Shown here one piece after another: positions 30,220 through 40,865 of a stretch of 64,000 nt of DNA; position 1 is the stretch's first letter; each line of letters opens with the position of its first letter. This stretch comes from Nitrospira sp. (GTDB taxonomy: Bacteria > Nitrospirota > Nitrospiria > Nitrospirales > Nitrospiraceae), in NCBI GenBank assembly GCA_047150005.1, contig AP038806.1, forward strand, positions 1,568,001-1,632,000, read 5' to 3'. The notes beneath the pieces are model-generated. The model searched no databases, was not told the DNA's origin, and saw nothing but the letters and a program-made list of their open reading frames with translations. The position numbers were made by a program, and so were the translations under genes.

Positions 30220-30558
30220 TCAGCAGAGTGGAGGCGGGCGGGATGTGTGCGACGCGACAGCCGAGAATTGGGACCGAGGACCGTTCTTCGAGTCATCGCC
30301 GGAATATGAAGGATGGACAGCATTGACCGATTCGCTACCGATGATGAGGGAATCCTCCGGAGAGTCGTCTGAAGACACCGCTTCGTCGCCGGACACGGCC
30401 TTTTCCCCCTGGGAATCGACGACTTGGGCGAAGTGCGTGGGGGTCAGGTCTCCGTAGTAGGCCACGTCGACGAGGTAGGGCACCGAGAGGAGCAGGACGG
30501 CGAGCACAACGAACACCCTCTTGAAAAAGGGCTGTTGTCTTGGCCTTCGTGCTTTCAT
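30220..30558 (-). CDS. Small TM protein ending in SRPPP (possible arrest-peptide uORF)
   Basis: N-terminal hydrophobic helix; C-terminus ...SHTSRPPPLC; start codon uncertain. Confidence 0.55.
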   Translation of the reverse strand: MKARRPRQQPFFKRVFVVLAVLLLSVPYLVDVAYYGDLTPTHFAQVVDSQGEKAVSGDEAVSSDDSPEDSLIIGSESVNAVHPSYSGDDSKNGPRSQFSAVASHTSRPPPLC

Positions 30559-30872
30559 ACGAGGCTGCCGTTGCGGTTTGCCCAAGATGGACTGCTTGGA
30601 ACGCAGCATGCCGAAAGGCACGTTCACGCTAGCACCGGATCCGTTTTCATGTCAACAGCATCGGGGCCCACCGGAAGTACATAGTTCGGAACCGCCTGAC
30701 ATCTGACGGTTTCCTCGTATTAGCTCATACCAAGGACGTTCCTTTTCTCCCCTCAAGCCTCGTGACCGATATCCTGAGATGACGACCGCGACCGGTCGGG
30801 TCGATCGTGAACTGGTCGAGCAGCCTGGAAGGACACGGGCCGGAGGAATTGACCTCGATGCGAGAGAGAGGC

Positions 30873-33683
30873 CTAACGAAACCCGAAGGAAGGGTGCCGC
30901 CGAGCGAGTTTGATCGCTTCCACCGCAGCCAGGGGGAGAAAGGCCATGGCCACCATCAATTTCCAGTCTTCGAACGGCAGCGGCGCAACCTTGAAGATGG
31001 GTTGCGCCGCCGGAACGGTGAGAATCGCCACCTGCACGCCCAAGGAGACAAGAAAGGCCCAGATAAGCGGACGGTTGGTAGCCACACCTATCTGGAACAG
31101 CGACCACCGATAGCTCCTGCAGTTGAACGTATGCACCAACTGGGCGCCGACCATGACGGCAAATGCGACGGTCCGCGCCTGCTCGATCGGTTGCCGCCAG
31201 ACGAACAGGCTGTAAGTAAAAGCGCCCAGGGCGACGATGGCCAGGAGCAACCCTTCGCCAGCGACGGCGGCCAGCCGGGTGCTGTCCAGCAAACGGGCTG
31301 CCGGCTTGCGGGGGGGCCGGCACATGAGATCAGGCGCCTTGGGGTCCACCGCCAAAGCTAGAGCCGGGAGGCCGTCCGTGACAAGGTTCATCCAGAGAAT
31401 CTGAATCGGCAGCAGCGGCAGCGGCAAGCCGAGCAGGGCCGCGAATAACATCACCAGGACCTCGCTCATGTTGCACGAGAGAAGGAAATGAACCGTTTTC
31501 CGGATGTTGTCGAAGACGCCTCGGCCCTCTTCCACGGCGGCGGTAATAGACGCGAAGTTATCGTCGATGACCACCATGTCGGCGGCATCCTTGGTCACGT
31601 CCGTGCCGGTGATCCCCATCGCGATGCCGATGTCGGCGGCCTTGATCGCCGGCGCGTCATTGACGCCGTCGCCCGTCATGGCGACGACCGCCCCTCGGCT
31701 CTTCCAGGCCTTGACGATGCGCAATTTGTGCTCCGCGGAGACGCGGGCGTACACCGACAGTCGCTCGACCCGCCCGGAGAGCTCTTCGTCGCTAAGCGCG
31801 TCCAGCTCGGGGCCGGACAGTACCCGATTCGGGGCGTCCGCCAGGCCCAATTCTCTCGCGATCGCCGACGCGGTCTCCTTATGGTCGCCGGTGATCATCA
31901 CCGTCGTAATGCCGGCCTCGCGGCACAACCGCACCGCCTCCGTCGCCTCCGGCCGCAAGGGATCTTTCATGGCAAAGAGACCGAGGAAGATGAGATCCCG
32001 CTCGATCAGATCCGGACTGCCGGCATCGCCGTGGTCGAGAGGCTTATAGGCTGCGGCGAGGATGCGCAGTGCCTCATGGGCGAGCAAGGCATTCGCGTCG
32101 AGTACAGCCCGACGGCCTTGCTCGTCCATCGGTTCAATGGAACCCTCCAGCGTCATGCGCGCGGCGCAAAGAGCCAGCAAGACATCCGGCGCTCCTTTTG
32201 CGAACACGATTCGGTCGCGGTCCCTTTGCCGGATGACGCTCATCATCTTCCGTTCGGAGTCGAAGGGTATCTCGGCGTGGAATGGGGCCGCACGTTCGAG
32301 ATCCTCCTTCGCCAATCCCGCCTTGGCCGCCACGACCAGCAGTGCGCCATCGGTTGGATCACCGATGATTCTCCAGGTGTCATCCTCCTTCGCCAATGCG
32401 GCTCCGTTGCAAAGCAGACCGGCTTTCAGAAGATGCCGGAGGCCGGCCGGCAGCGCTGAGTGTTGAGTGCTGGGTGCTGAGTGTTCCCGAGAGGAGACAC
32501 CTTTGGGGTCCGACCACTCAGGACTCAACACTCGCGTCTCAGGACGCGCTTCTCGTATGTCTCCGGTCGGCTCGTACCCCTCTCCCGTCACCTCGAAGAG
32601 GCGGCCGTCCATGACCAGCCGAGTCACAGTCAGCTCGTTCTTGGTGAGCGTACCGGTCTTGTCCGTGCAGATGACGGTTGATGAGCCGAGCGTCTCGACA
32701 GCGGGTAAATTCCGGATCAGGGCATGCCGCTTCACCATACGGGTGACGCCCAGGGCCAGCGTGATCGTCACGACTGCAGGTAGCCCTTCAGGCACGGCCG
32801 CCACGGCGAGACTTACGGAGGTCAGGAACATCTCGACGAGCGGCACCCCGCGAATGTAACCGAGGGCAAAGACAACCGTCACCACCGCGAGCGCCAGCCA
32901 GAGCAACGTGTAACCGAACTGGTCCAACCTCCGCTGGAGTGGCGTTTCTCTCCGTTCTGCGGATTCCGCTTCCTGGATCATCGAGGAGATCCGGCCCAGT
33001 TCCGTTTTCATGCCTGTTGCCACGACCAGGGCCCGTGCCTTCCCTGACACGGCGGTCGTGCCCAAGAATGTCATGTTGCGCCGGTCGGCGACCGGCACGT
33101 CGGACAGGCCGAGCCAACACCAATCCTTCGGAACCGCTGTGGATTCGCCGGTCAGGGATGCTTCCTGAACCTGAAAATTGGCGGTGGTGTAGATCAGGCG
33201 GCCATCGGCGGGAATCCTGTCTCCTGCCTCGATCTGGATCACATCGCCGGGAACCAGGTCCCGAGCGGGGATGGTTTGGAGTGCGCCGTCCCGGATGGCG
33301 CGCGAGGTCGCGACGGACAATTTGCGCAGCGCAGCCAAGGACCGTTCCGCCCGGAATTCCTGCACGAAACCCAGGAGGCCGTTCAGCACGACGATGGCGA
33401 GGATAGCCGCCGTATCCAACCAGTCTTCCAGGAGACCGGACACCACCGCCGCGGCGATCAGGACCCAGATGATGATGCCGGTGAATTGGGAGAGGAGGAT
33501 CGTCAGCCAGGAAACCGGTGTGGCTTCTGGCAGTTCGTTCCATCCGGATCGAGCCCGCCTCCGCTCCACCTCCCGCGCGGCCAGGCCCATGTCGATGTCG
33601 GCTTTCAGCGCCGACGCCAGTTCATCAACCAGTCTGGCGTGCCATCGTTCGAGGGGCCGTGTCGTGCGATCCGGTTCAGCCAT
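30873..33683 (-). CDS. Cation (Ca2+-type P2A) transporting P-type ATPase
   Basis: Motifs TGES, AVPEGLP, DKTGT, GDGVND and [11 protein letters not shown]. Confidence 0.95.
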   Translation of the reverse strand: MAEPDRTTRPLERWHARLVDELASALKADIDMGLAAREVERRRARSGWNELPEATPVSWLTILLSQFTGIIIWVLIAAAVVSGLLEDWLDTAAILAIVVLNGLLGFVQEFRAERSLAALRKLSVATSRAIRDGALQTIPARDLVPGDVIQIEAGDRIPADGRLIYTTANFQVQEASLTGESTAVPKDWCWLGLSDVPVADRRNMTFLGTTAVSGKARALVVATGMKTELGRISSMIQEAESAERRETPLQRRLDQFGYTLLWLALAVVTVVFALGYIRGVPLVEMFLTSVSLAVAAVPEGLPAVVTITLALGVTRMVKRHALIRNLPAVETLGSSTVICTDKTGTLTKNELTVTRLVMDGRLFEVTGEGYEPTGDIREARPETRVLSPEWSDPKGVSSREHSAPSTQHSALPAGLRHLLKAGLLCNGAALAKEDDTWRIIGDPTDGALLVVAAKAGLAKEDLERAAPFHAEIPFDSERKMMSVIRQRDRDRIVFAKGAPDVLLALCAARMTLEGSIEPMDEQGRRAVLDANALLAHEALRILAAAYKPLDHGDAGSPDLIERDLIFLGLFAMKDPLRPEATEAVRLCREAGITTVMITGDHKETASAIARELGLADAPNRVLSGPELDALSDEELSGRVERLSVYARVSAEHKLRIVKAWKSRGAVVAMTGDGVNDAPAIKAADIGIAMGITGTDVTKDAADMVVIDDNFASITAAVEEGRGVFDNIRKTVHFLLSCNMSEVLVMLFAALLGLPLPLLPIQILWMNLVTDGLPALALAVDPKAPDLMCRPPRKPAARLLDSTRLAAVAGEGLLLAIVALGAFTYSLFVWRQPIEQARTVAFAVMVGAQLVHTFNCRSYRWSLFQIGVATNRPLIWAFLVSLGVQVAILTVPAAQPIFKVAPLPFEDWKLMVAMAFLPLAAVEAIKLARRHPSFGFR
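32455..32543. repeat. Inverted pair of heptamer arrays inserted in-frame in the ATPase
   Basis: (GCTGAGT)-like x4, a spacer, then (ACTCAGG)-like x4; translates as PETRVLSPE...[11 protein letters not shown]. Confidence 0.75.
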
Positions 33684-33776
33684 GGTCTGCTGAAAACGAG
33701 GGCCAATGTGGCATTGTCGTTGGCGGGTATCACTGCGCGCAAGCGTGAGGAGCGAGGATTGCGAGTCCGCTCCGCA

Positions 33777-36700
33777 TTACACCCACTGGGGCGCCATTTC
33801 TTTCGACACCGGTTCACCGCCAAACCGGTGGTAGAGGACCGGCAGCACCACAAGCGTCAGGAACGTCGAGCTGAACAGGCCGCCAATCACGACGGTCGCC
33901 AGCGGCCGCTGGACCTCCGCGCCGATTCCTTGAGCCAGTGCCAGGGGCAGCAGGCCGAGCAGAGTGGTCATCATGGTCATGACGACCGGGCGCAACCGCA
34001 GTGTGCAACCGGTCACGATAGCCTCCTCCGTCGGCTTGCCCTCCTGGCGCAGTTGATTGATATAGGACACCAGGACGATCCCGTTCCCGACCGCGAGTCC
34101 GAACAGCTCGATGAAACCGATGGATGCCGGTACGCTCAAGTACTGATCACTGAGCCAGAGTGACACGACGCCGCCGACCAAGGCAAACGGCAGGTTCAGG
34201 ATGATTAAGGTCGCATGCCGGAGCGAATGGAATGCCCAGAAGAGCAGAAAGTACACGAGTCCCAGCGTGATCGGCACGACGATCAGCAGGCGCGCATTGG
34301 CGCGCTCCATGTTCTCGAAAGCCCCTCCCCATGTGATGGTGTAGCCCTCCGGCAAACGGACCTTTTCCACCAGTCGCTTGCGCCCTTCATCCACCACCCC
34401 TCCGATGTCGCGCCCGACCACATTGAAGCCGATATAGATGCGGCGCTTCACTTCCTGGCGGCTGATTCGCAGCGGCCCATCCCGCATTTCGATTTTCGCC
34501 AGATCGTGCATGGGGATCAGGGCGCCGGAGACCGCTTTGACGCGAATGTTCCCGATGGTTCCCACGCTGTTACGGGCCGATTCGGGAAATCGCAGGACCA
34601 GCTGGAATCGCCGCTCGCCTTCGTAGACCTCCGTGGCGCGCTTCCCGCCGATCGCCGTCTCGACGAGGTCCTGTACGTCGGCCACGTTGATGCCGTAGCG
34701 CGCGATCTTCTGTCGATCGATGTCGATGGTCAGGTAAGGCTGTCCGGCGATCTGTTCGACTTTCACGTCCTTGACGCCCCGGATCATCCGCATCGCGGCC
34801 GCGATCTCTTCCGCCTTCTCGTGGAGCACGCCCAGATCCGGTCCGAACAGCTTGATCGCGCATTCGGTCCGAATACCGGAAATCAGTTCGTCGACACGCT
34901 CCTGGATCGGCTGGCTCATGAGGACGGAGATCCCGGGTATCTCCCCCAATTTGCGTCTGATCGCGTCCGTCAATTCCGGTTGCGACTTTGCGGTGGTCCA
35001 GGTGCGGCGCTCCCGCAGAGAAACGATCGGGTCGCTCTCGTTCGGTTCCTCAGGGCCGACTGCGATGTCGGGCCGTCCAATCTTGCTCACAGCCGTGCGG
35101 ACCTCCGGAAACTCGAGTATCGCCTTGTGGACCTGCTTTTCCATCTCGATGGATTCGGAAAGGGAGACACTGGGCAGCCGGACGATCTGCGGCGTCAAGG
35201 CGCCTTCCTCCAGGATCGGAATGAATTCCCGTCCGATGCGCGGCACGAGGAGCAAGCTGAGCAGCACGAACGCCGCCGAGCCGATCAGCACGGGTCCGCG
35301 GCGCCGGAGCGACCATTCCAAGACCGGCTGGTATCGACGCTTCATCCAGCGGGTCAGGCGCGTGTCTTCGGGATAGTCGCCTCGCAGCATCAACGACGCC
35401 AGGGCCGGCGAGAGCGTCAGCGTCACGACGACCGACAACAAGAGGGCGATGACCAGCGTGTAGGCCAACGGAGCGAACATCTTGCCTTCCATGCCGTGAA
35501 GCGTCATGAGCGGCAGGAAGACGACGCTGATGATGAGAATGCCGAACAAGATCGGACGCCCCACTTCTTTCGTTGCCTGCAAGACGACGTCCAGCGTGCT
35601 GCGCCCGCTATGACGATGGAGGGCGAGATGGCGATAGACGTTTTCCACGACGACCAGTGAACCGTCTGCAACCTCGCCGATCGCGATGGCCAGACCGCCC
35701 AAGGTCATGAGATTCGCTGAGAGTCCCAGGCATTGCATGGCGATGAACGTCACCAGGGGGGTCACGATCAATGTGACGGTCACGATGGCCGCGCTCCGCG
35801 CGTGGTCCAGGAAGAAAATAAAGACCAGCACCACGAGGAGAATCCCCTCAATCAAGGCATCCCTCACCGTATTGACCGCAGCGGTCACAAGCTCGATCCG
35901 GTCGTAGAACGGCACGATCTTCGTGTCCGGAGGAAGGACTCGCTCACGGTGCAGTTCGAGCACCTTATCGGACACCGCTTCGACGACCTGCCGCGCGTTG
36001 CCTCCGCGAAGCATGAGGACCGTCCCGGTCACCACTTCGCGTTCGCCGTTGAGAACGGCGGCGCCGTGACGCACCGCATGTCCGATCCGCACCTCGGCGA
36101 GGTCCCTCACGAAGACCGGTGTGCCGTGCGACTCCTTGACGACGATGGACTCGATGTCGCCGACCGTCTTGATCAGACCGAGTCCGCGAACGATGGAGCG
36201 TTCCGCGTGACGCTCCAGGATATTGCCGCCGGCGTTGGCATTGTTCCTCGCCACCGCTTCAAAAATGTCGCTCAGTGTCAGGTCGTATTTTCTCAGCTTC
36301 GAGGGATCGACCAGGATTTGATACTGCTTGACGAATCCCCCGAGCCCGTTGACGTCGATGACGCCCGGCACGCTCTTGAACAGCGGGCGCAGCACCCAGT
36401 CCTGCAGGGTCCGCTGCTCGGTCAATTCTGCTTCGACCGTGGCGGGATCGGTCTCGTGCGCGCGCGGTCCTTCCAGATAGTATTGGTAGATTTCCCCGAG
36501 GCCCGTGCTGACCGGCGCCATCACCGGCTCGATGCCCTGGGGCAGACGCTCTTTGGCCGCCATCATCCGCTCGAGGACCAACTGGCGCGCAAAATACACA
36601 TCGACGTCGTCCTGAAAAACGACCGTCACCTGGGAGAGACCGAACTTGGACAGAGACCGAATTTCGTCGAGACCCGGCAGACCGGTCATCTGCAGTTCCA

Positions 36701-36905
36701 ACGGATAGGTAATGAACCGCTCGATCTCGACCGGCGACAGACCCCCCGCTTCCGCGAGGATCTGGACCTGGACGTTCGTGACGTCGGGGTACGCGTCGAT
36801 TGGAATGGATTGAAAGGTCGCGACACCGGCGACGGAGAGCACACAGGCGAGGCCCAGCACCGGAATCCGCTGACGAAGCGAAAACTCCAGAAGAGATCCA
36901 ATCAT
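33777..36905 (-). CDS. CusA/CzcA family heavy-metal efflux RND transporter
   Basis: Motifs IDAYPDVTNVQVQI, GLGEIYQY, EGKMFAPLA, RLRPVVMT and GAEVQRPLA. Confidence 0.95.
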   Translation of the reverse strand: MIGSLLEFSLRQRIPVLGLACVLSVAGVATFQSIPIDAYPDVTNVQVQILAEAGGLSPVEIERFITYPLELQMTGLPGLDEIRSLSKFGLSQVTVVFQDDVDVYFARQLVLERMMAAKERLPQGIEPVMAPVSTGLGEIYQYYLEGPRAHETDPATVEAELTEQRTLQDWVLRPLFKSVPGVIDVNGLGGFVKQYQILVDPSKLRKYDLTLSDIFEAVARNNANAGGNILERHAERSIVRGLGLIKTVGDIESIVVKESHGTPVFVRDLAEVRIGHAVRHGAAVLNGEREVVTGTVLMLRGGNARQVVEAVSDKVLELHRERVLPPDTKIVPFYDRIELVTAAVNTVRDALIEGILLVVLVFIFFLDHARSAAIVTVTLIVTPLVTFIAMQCLGLSANLMTLGGLAIAIGEVADGSLVVVENVYRHLALHRHSGRSTLDVVLQATKEVGRPILFGILIISVVFLPLMTLHGMEGKMFAPLAYTLVIALLLSVVVTLTLSPALASLMLRGDYPEDTRLTRWMKRRYQPVLEWSLRRRGPVLIGSAAFVLLSLLLVPRIGREFIPILEEGALTPQIVRLPSVSLSESIEMEKQVHKAILEFPEVRTAVSKIGRPDIAVGPEEPNESDPIVSLRERRTWTTAKSQPELTDAIRRKLGEIPGISVLMSQPIQERVDELISGIRTECAIKLFGPDLGVLHEKAEEIAAAMRMIRGVKDVKVEQIAGQPYLTIDIDRQKIARYGINVADVQDLVETAIGGKRATEVYEGERRFQLVLRFPESARNSVGTIGNIRVKAVSGALIPMHDLAKIEMRDGPLRISRQEVKRRIYIGFNVVGRDIGGVVDEGRKRLVEKVRLPEGYTITWGGAFENMERANARLLIVVPITLGLVYFLLFWAFHSLRHATLIILNLPFALVGGVVSLWLSDQYLSVPASIGFIELFGLAVGNGIVLVSYINQLRQEGKPTEEAIVTGCTLRLRPVVMTMMTTLLGLLPLALAQGIGAEVQRPLATVVIGGLFSSTFLTLVVLPVLYHRFGGEPVSKEMAPQWV

Positions 36906-38179
36906 AACGCCGGCTCGATCTTGTGCCGCTCCAGCTCGGACTTGAGCACAAAGGATCCTTTGGTCACAACCGTCTCGCCGGCCTGCAGACCGTCGAGCAC
37001 GGTCACGACCTCTCCATACTCCTCGCCGAGCCGAACCGTTCTCGCTTCGAATTCTGAAGAGCTGCGCCGGATAAAGATCATTTTGCCGGCTGGACCGTTC
37101 TGGACGGCCGACAACGGAACAGTCAGCAGGTCGGGATCGGGAGCGGCATAGACCCGCACGAGCGCGTACATCTCCGGTTTCAGGCGCTTGTCGAGGTTGG
37201 AGGCCGTAACCCTGACCCGCAGAGTCCTGGTGGCCGGGTCCAGCAAGTCTCCCACATAGGTCACGGTGCCGCTGAAGAGGGTATGAGGATAGGCTGCGGC
37301 GATGATGTCCACGCTCTGGCCTTTCTGGATGTACTCGATGTCTTTCTCCGGAACTGCGGCGGTGACCCACACCTCAGACAGATCGGCGACGGTGAAGAGC
37401 TTCTGATTCGTCTCGACGACTTCGCCACGCGTGATGTTGCGCATGATCACGCGCCCATCGAACGGCGCGCGCAACGGCACGTGGGCTTTGATGGTGTGCT
37501 CGCGATCCAGGCGGTCAATCTCATGTCGCGGGACGCCGAGCAGATCGAGCCGGTTCCGAGATTCACGGACTTCGGCGTGTGCAGTTCGCATTTCCGCCTC
37601 TCGGCGCTGTAACTCCGCCAGACTCACCGCCCGCGCTTCGTGCAGTTCCTTCGCTCGCTGATAAGACAGGTCCGCTTCATACAAACGGGCCGTCGCCTTC
37701 AAGTACGCCCCCTCCGCCAATCCGAGATCGGTGCTGTGCAACAGCGCGAGGAGATCATCCTTTTTGATATCCGCGCCGACGTCCACATGCACTTTGACAA
37801 CGCGACCTCGGATCAACGTCGTCACCTCGGCCAATTCGTTTTCGTTGGGTTGAATCGTTGCGGGAAACTCGCGGGACACGCGGATAGATCCGCGCACGGC
37901 CGGCGCAACCTCAATGGACGTTCTCGCCAGTTCGTCCGCGGTCAAACTCACGAGGCCGACGGGCGCCCGGGGCGGCCGTGATGTCGCCGTCGTGGCCGAT
38001 GAACCGTCTCGCGCCTCGTTCCCGCATGCCGCAAGCCAGAGCGTGACGCCTAACGCTGCCAGCGCGACGCGTGCGTGGCGACCGAACCGTCTGTGAAATC
38101 TCCGGTTCAACGGGAAACACTCCCAGCCAAGAGGTGTGCTGCCCGCTCGTTCGTATACCGTCTCCCCGAATATCAGCAC
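36902..38179 (-). CDS. RND periplasmic adaptor (CzcB-like lipoprotein); start uncertain
   Basis: Lipobox LAAC; motifs LRAPFDGRV, ADLSEVWV, DPATRT and LKPEMY. Confidence 0.9.
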   Translation of the reverse strand: MLIFGETVYERAGSTPLGWECFPLNRRFHRRFGRHARVALAALGVTLWLAACGNEARDGSSATTATSRPPRAPVGLVSLTADELARTSIEVAPAVRGSIRVSREFPATIQPNENELAEVTTLIRGRVVKVHVDVGADIKKDDLLALLHSTDLGLAEGAYLKATARLYEADLSYQRAKELHEARAVSLAELQRREAEMRTAHAEVRESRNRLDLLGVPRHEIDRLDREHTIKAHVPLRAPFDGRVIMRNITRGEVVETNQKLFTVADLSEVWVTAAVPEKDIEYIQKGQSVDIIAAAYPHTLFSGTVTYVGDLLDPATRTLRVRVTASNLDKRLKPEMYALVRVYAAPDPDLLTVPLSAVQNGPAGKMIFIRRSSSEFEARTVRLGEEYGEVVTVLDGLQAGETVVTKGSFVLKSELERHKIEPAL

Positions 38180-38352
38180 GAGATATGCCTGTCAAGCCCG
38201 TGGACTTGCAGGCAAGCAGACGATTGCCGTGGCGATTTGCCACGGTCGGGCTTCTCTTGATGTGGTGAAAGGCGACAGGCGAAAGTGTCCGGCAAGAATG
38301 AGGCGATTCCGCTCCCTGGTACGCGATACAGCCTCTCGTTCACGGGTGCATC

Positions 38353-38480
38353 ATGGACGTTCGCACGCAATTCCTTCCCTGACGAGCAGTCTGTCGAGGG
38401 CGAGTGTAAACGTCAGGCTGACGCCTTTCGCGATTGGGCCCATGTCCGGCGGAAGCTCCGGTTGTCCTGCCGCGAGTGGC
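38353..38480 (+). pseudogene. Degenerate duplicate of the 5' end of the downstream GST gene
   Basis: FPDEQSVEGECKRQADAFRDW versus FPDEQSEAGEFKRQADAFRHW; a 4-bp TTCC duplication frameshifts it. Confidence 0.8.
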
Positions 38481-38582
38481 TTCGAATGCACGTGGGACCG
38501 GACTCCATGCGATCCGGCACATCTTGCAGTCTAGAATTATGGTAAAAGACAAGAACCACTGGTTGTTTCCTACGGGAGTGCC

Positions 38583-39536
38583 ATGACCGGTCGCGCGCAA
38601 TTCCCTGATGAACAGTCGGAGGCCGGCGAATTCAAACGGCAGGCGGACGCCTTTCGCCATTGGGTCACGGCCGACGGAAGCATCGGGTATCCTGCCGCAA
38701 GCGGCCGGTATCACTTGTATGTGTCCTGGGCCTGTCCCTGGGCGCACCGCACCATCATCGTGCGCCGGCTCAAGAAGCTGGAATCCGTGATCGGCATGAC
38801 CGTGGTGGACCCGATCCGTGACGAGCGAGGGTGGGCCTTTCGCGAGGGGCCGGGCCATTCACTCGACAGCATCAACGAGTTTCAGTTCTTGAGTGAGGCG
38901 TATCGGGCGACGGATCCTCACTATCGGGGCCGTGTCACCGTGCCGGTCCTCTGGGACAGGGTGACCAAACGGATCGTCAGCAATTCGGACGACGATCTGA
39001 TGCGGATGTTCAATCAGGCGTTCGATCGATTGGCGGACAGCCGGATCGATCTCTATCCGGAGCGTCTTCAGAGGGAGATCGACGATCTCAACGATTTCAT
39101 CTATGAGAACGTGAACGACGGAGTCTATCGCGCGGGATTCGCCACCTCCCAGCGGGTCTACGAAAAGGCCGTGCGACGCCTATTCGACGCGCTGGACCAA
39201 CTGGACGACCGTCTGAAAACCAGCCGCTACCTCTTTGGAAATACCTTCGTCGAAACGGATTGGCGCCTGTTCGTGACGCTCATCCGGTTCGATGCCGTGT
39301 ACCACGGCCATTTCAAATGCAACATGCGGCGAATCATCGACTATCCCAACCTGTTTGCCTATCTCAAGGACCTCTATCAGACCGACGGCATCGCCGATAC
39401 CGTCAATTTCGACCACATCAAGCGGCACTACTACATCACCCACGACGATATCAATCCGACGCGGATCGTACCGGTCGGTCCCCTTCAAGAGCTGACCTCG
39501 CCACACGGCCGCGAACGACTCGCTCCGGCGCCCTGA
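38583..39536 (+). CDS. Glutathionyl-hydroquinone reductase (YqjG-like GST)
   Basis: Motifs YVSWACPWAHR, TVPVLWD, NDGVYRAGFA, RFDAVYHGHFKCN and HIKRHYY. Confidence 0.93.
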   Translation: MTGRAQFPDEQSEAGEFKRQADAFRHWVTADGSIGYPAASGRYHLYVSWACPWAHRTIIVRRLKKLESVIGMTVVDPIRDERGWAFREGPGHSLDSINEFQFLSEAYRATDPHYRGRVTVPVLWDRVTKRIVSNSDDDLMRMFNQAFDRLADSRIDLYPERLQREIDDLNDFIYENVNDGVYRAGFATSQRVYEKAVRRLFDALDQLDDRLKTSRYLFGNTFVETDWRLFVTLIRFDAVYHGHFKCNMRRIIDYPNLFAYLKDLYQTDGIADTVNFDHIKRHYYITHDDINPTRIVPVGPLQELTSPHGRERLAPAP

Positions 39537-39688
39537 AACAGGATAGGTAGCATATCGGGTCAGGTCGCCCGGGGCCTGTTGTCCCATTCCGCTACGGTGC
39601 TCCGTCGTACACTTCCCGGCTCCGTTGTGTCGCGCCGCCAACCACTCTATTCTCCGCCGGTTTGTTGTGGCCGGTTCGGTCGCGCCGA

Positions 39689-39704
39689 TGGCACTCCGCT
39701 TGCG
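39689..39704 (+). promoter_or_regulatory. Sigma-54 -24/-12 promoter
   Basis: TGGCACTCCGCTTGCG upstream of the YbaK gene. Confidence 0.6.
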
Positions 39705-39814
39705 AGCCGTTTGAACTATGGCGGCGGAAGCGGCGTTGACAACCTATTGATCCGCACGCCCAGGCGGACGGGTAACACATCGGCATTTTCAATAGCCTGC
39801 TCAGGGAGGACGCC

Positions 39815-40300
39815 ATGATCATCCACAAGAGACTGCAAAGCTATTTGGACAGCCAGAAGGTCCCTTACCAGATCGTGAATCACTCGGTCGCCTATACCGC
39901 ACAAGAGGCGGCGGAGAGTCTTCACGTTCCGGGAAATCTGTTCGCGAAGGTCGTGGTCGTGAAGGCAGGCGAACGGTTCGTGATGCTGGTCCTGTCCTCC
40001 AACTGGAGGGTGGATCTTAAACATGTGGCAGACATCCTGGGATGTCCTCACGTGCGGCTGGCGACGGAGGAGGAGTTAGCCCATCTCTTCCCCGATTGCG
40101 AAATCGGCTCGATGCCGCCTTTCGGGAATCTCTACGGCATGTCGGTCTATGTCGATGGACTGCTGACGAGCGACGAGGTGGTTTTCTTCGACGCCGGCAC
40201 TCATGTGGGAGCGATCAAGCTGCGGTATCGGGATTTCGCCGAGCTGGTCCATCCGCAGGTGGCGGAGTTTCACCGGGAGCCGACGAAGCTGGAATGCTAG
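39815..40300 (+). CDS. YbaK/EbsC family aminoacyl-tRNA deacylase
   Basis: Motifs AKVVVVK, RLATEEEL...FPDCEIGSMPPFG and AGTH. Confidence 0.92.
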   Translation: MIIHKRLQSYLDSQKVPYQIVNHSVAYTAQEAAESLHVPGNLFAKVVVVKAGERFVMLVLSSNWRVDLKHVADILGCPHVRLATEEELAHLFPDCEIGSMPPFGNLYGMSVYVDGLLTSDEVVFFDAGTHVGAIKLRYRDFAELVHPQVAEFHREPTKLEC

Positions 40301-40472
40301 CCGGCGGGCGCCTTCGCGCTTCGCGTTGATACCTCCCGAAGCGATCCCTCCGGGCTCGGCCGGGCGGAACTACCGCGCGGGTGGCTCTCTGGCTTTCCCC
40401 GCGCTGCCTTCTGGAATTCTCTCGGGCACGGTTGTTCCAACCGTGCCTCCTCGGTCAGTTCCAGGTTTCCCT

Positions 40473-40805
40473 CTCTTCAAGCAGTTTCTTTCTGATCGCT
40501 ATGCGGGAAAAATCCAAGATTACTCAGGAGAAAAGGTCGTGTACCTGGGTGAGCGGCTGGAAGGTCAATATGCCGAGGTGCGCACCAAGTTTATATCCAG
40601 CAAAACCGAATATCCCTTGGATTATCGCCTCATCAATAGGGAAGGCCGGTGGTACGCCTACGACATCATCGCGGACGGCATCAGCCTTGTGAAGAATTAC
40701 AGAAGTCAGTTCGAGAAGATCTTGCGGACCGGCTCGTATCAGGACCTCATCGCGCGCCTGCGCGATCGCTCAGTGCCGGATGAACGAAAAGGTAAGCCTT
40801 CATAG
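40473..40805 (+). pseudogene. mlaC: 3' fragment of an MlaC/Ttg2D phospholipid shuttle gene
   Basis: Motif LDYRL...WYAYDIIADGISLVKNYRSQF; signal peptide and N-terminal half are absent. Confidence 0.8.
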
Positions 40806-40865
40806 TGAGCGGGGGTGCGAGCACACTTGGGCTGCCCGACGACAGGACCCGCGCCGCTCCACTCT

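Noticed and set aside
33777..37370. 1197-aa ORF suggesting an extended RND protein
   Set aside because: The extension overlaps the adaptor gene in another frame; the plausible start is ATG 36905. The same applies to the fdsB extension to 9841 and the 40866-41756 extension.
38205..38245. Possible sigma-54 promoter for the RND operon
   Set aside because: GG-to-GC spacing is 9 nt rather than the required 10.
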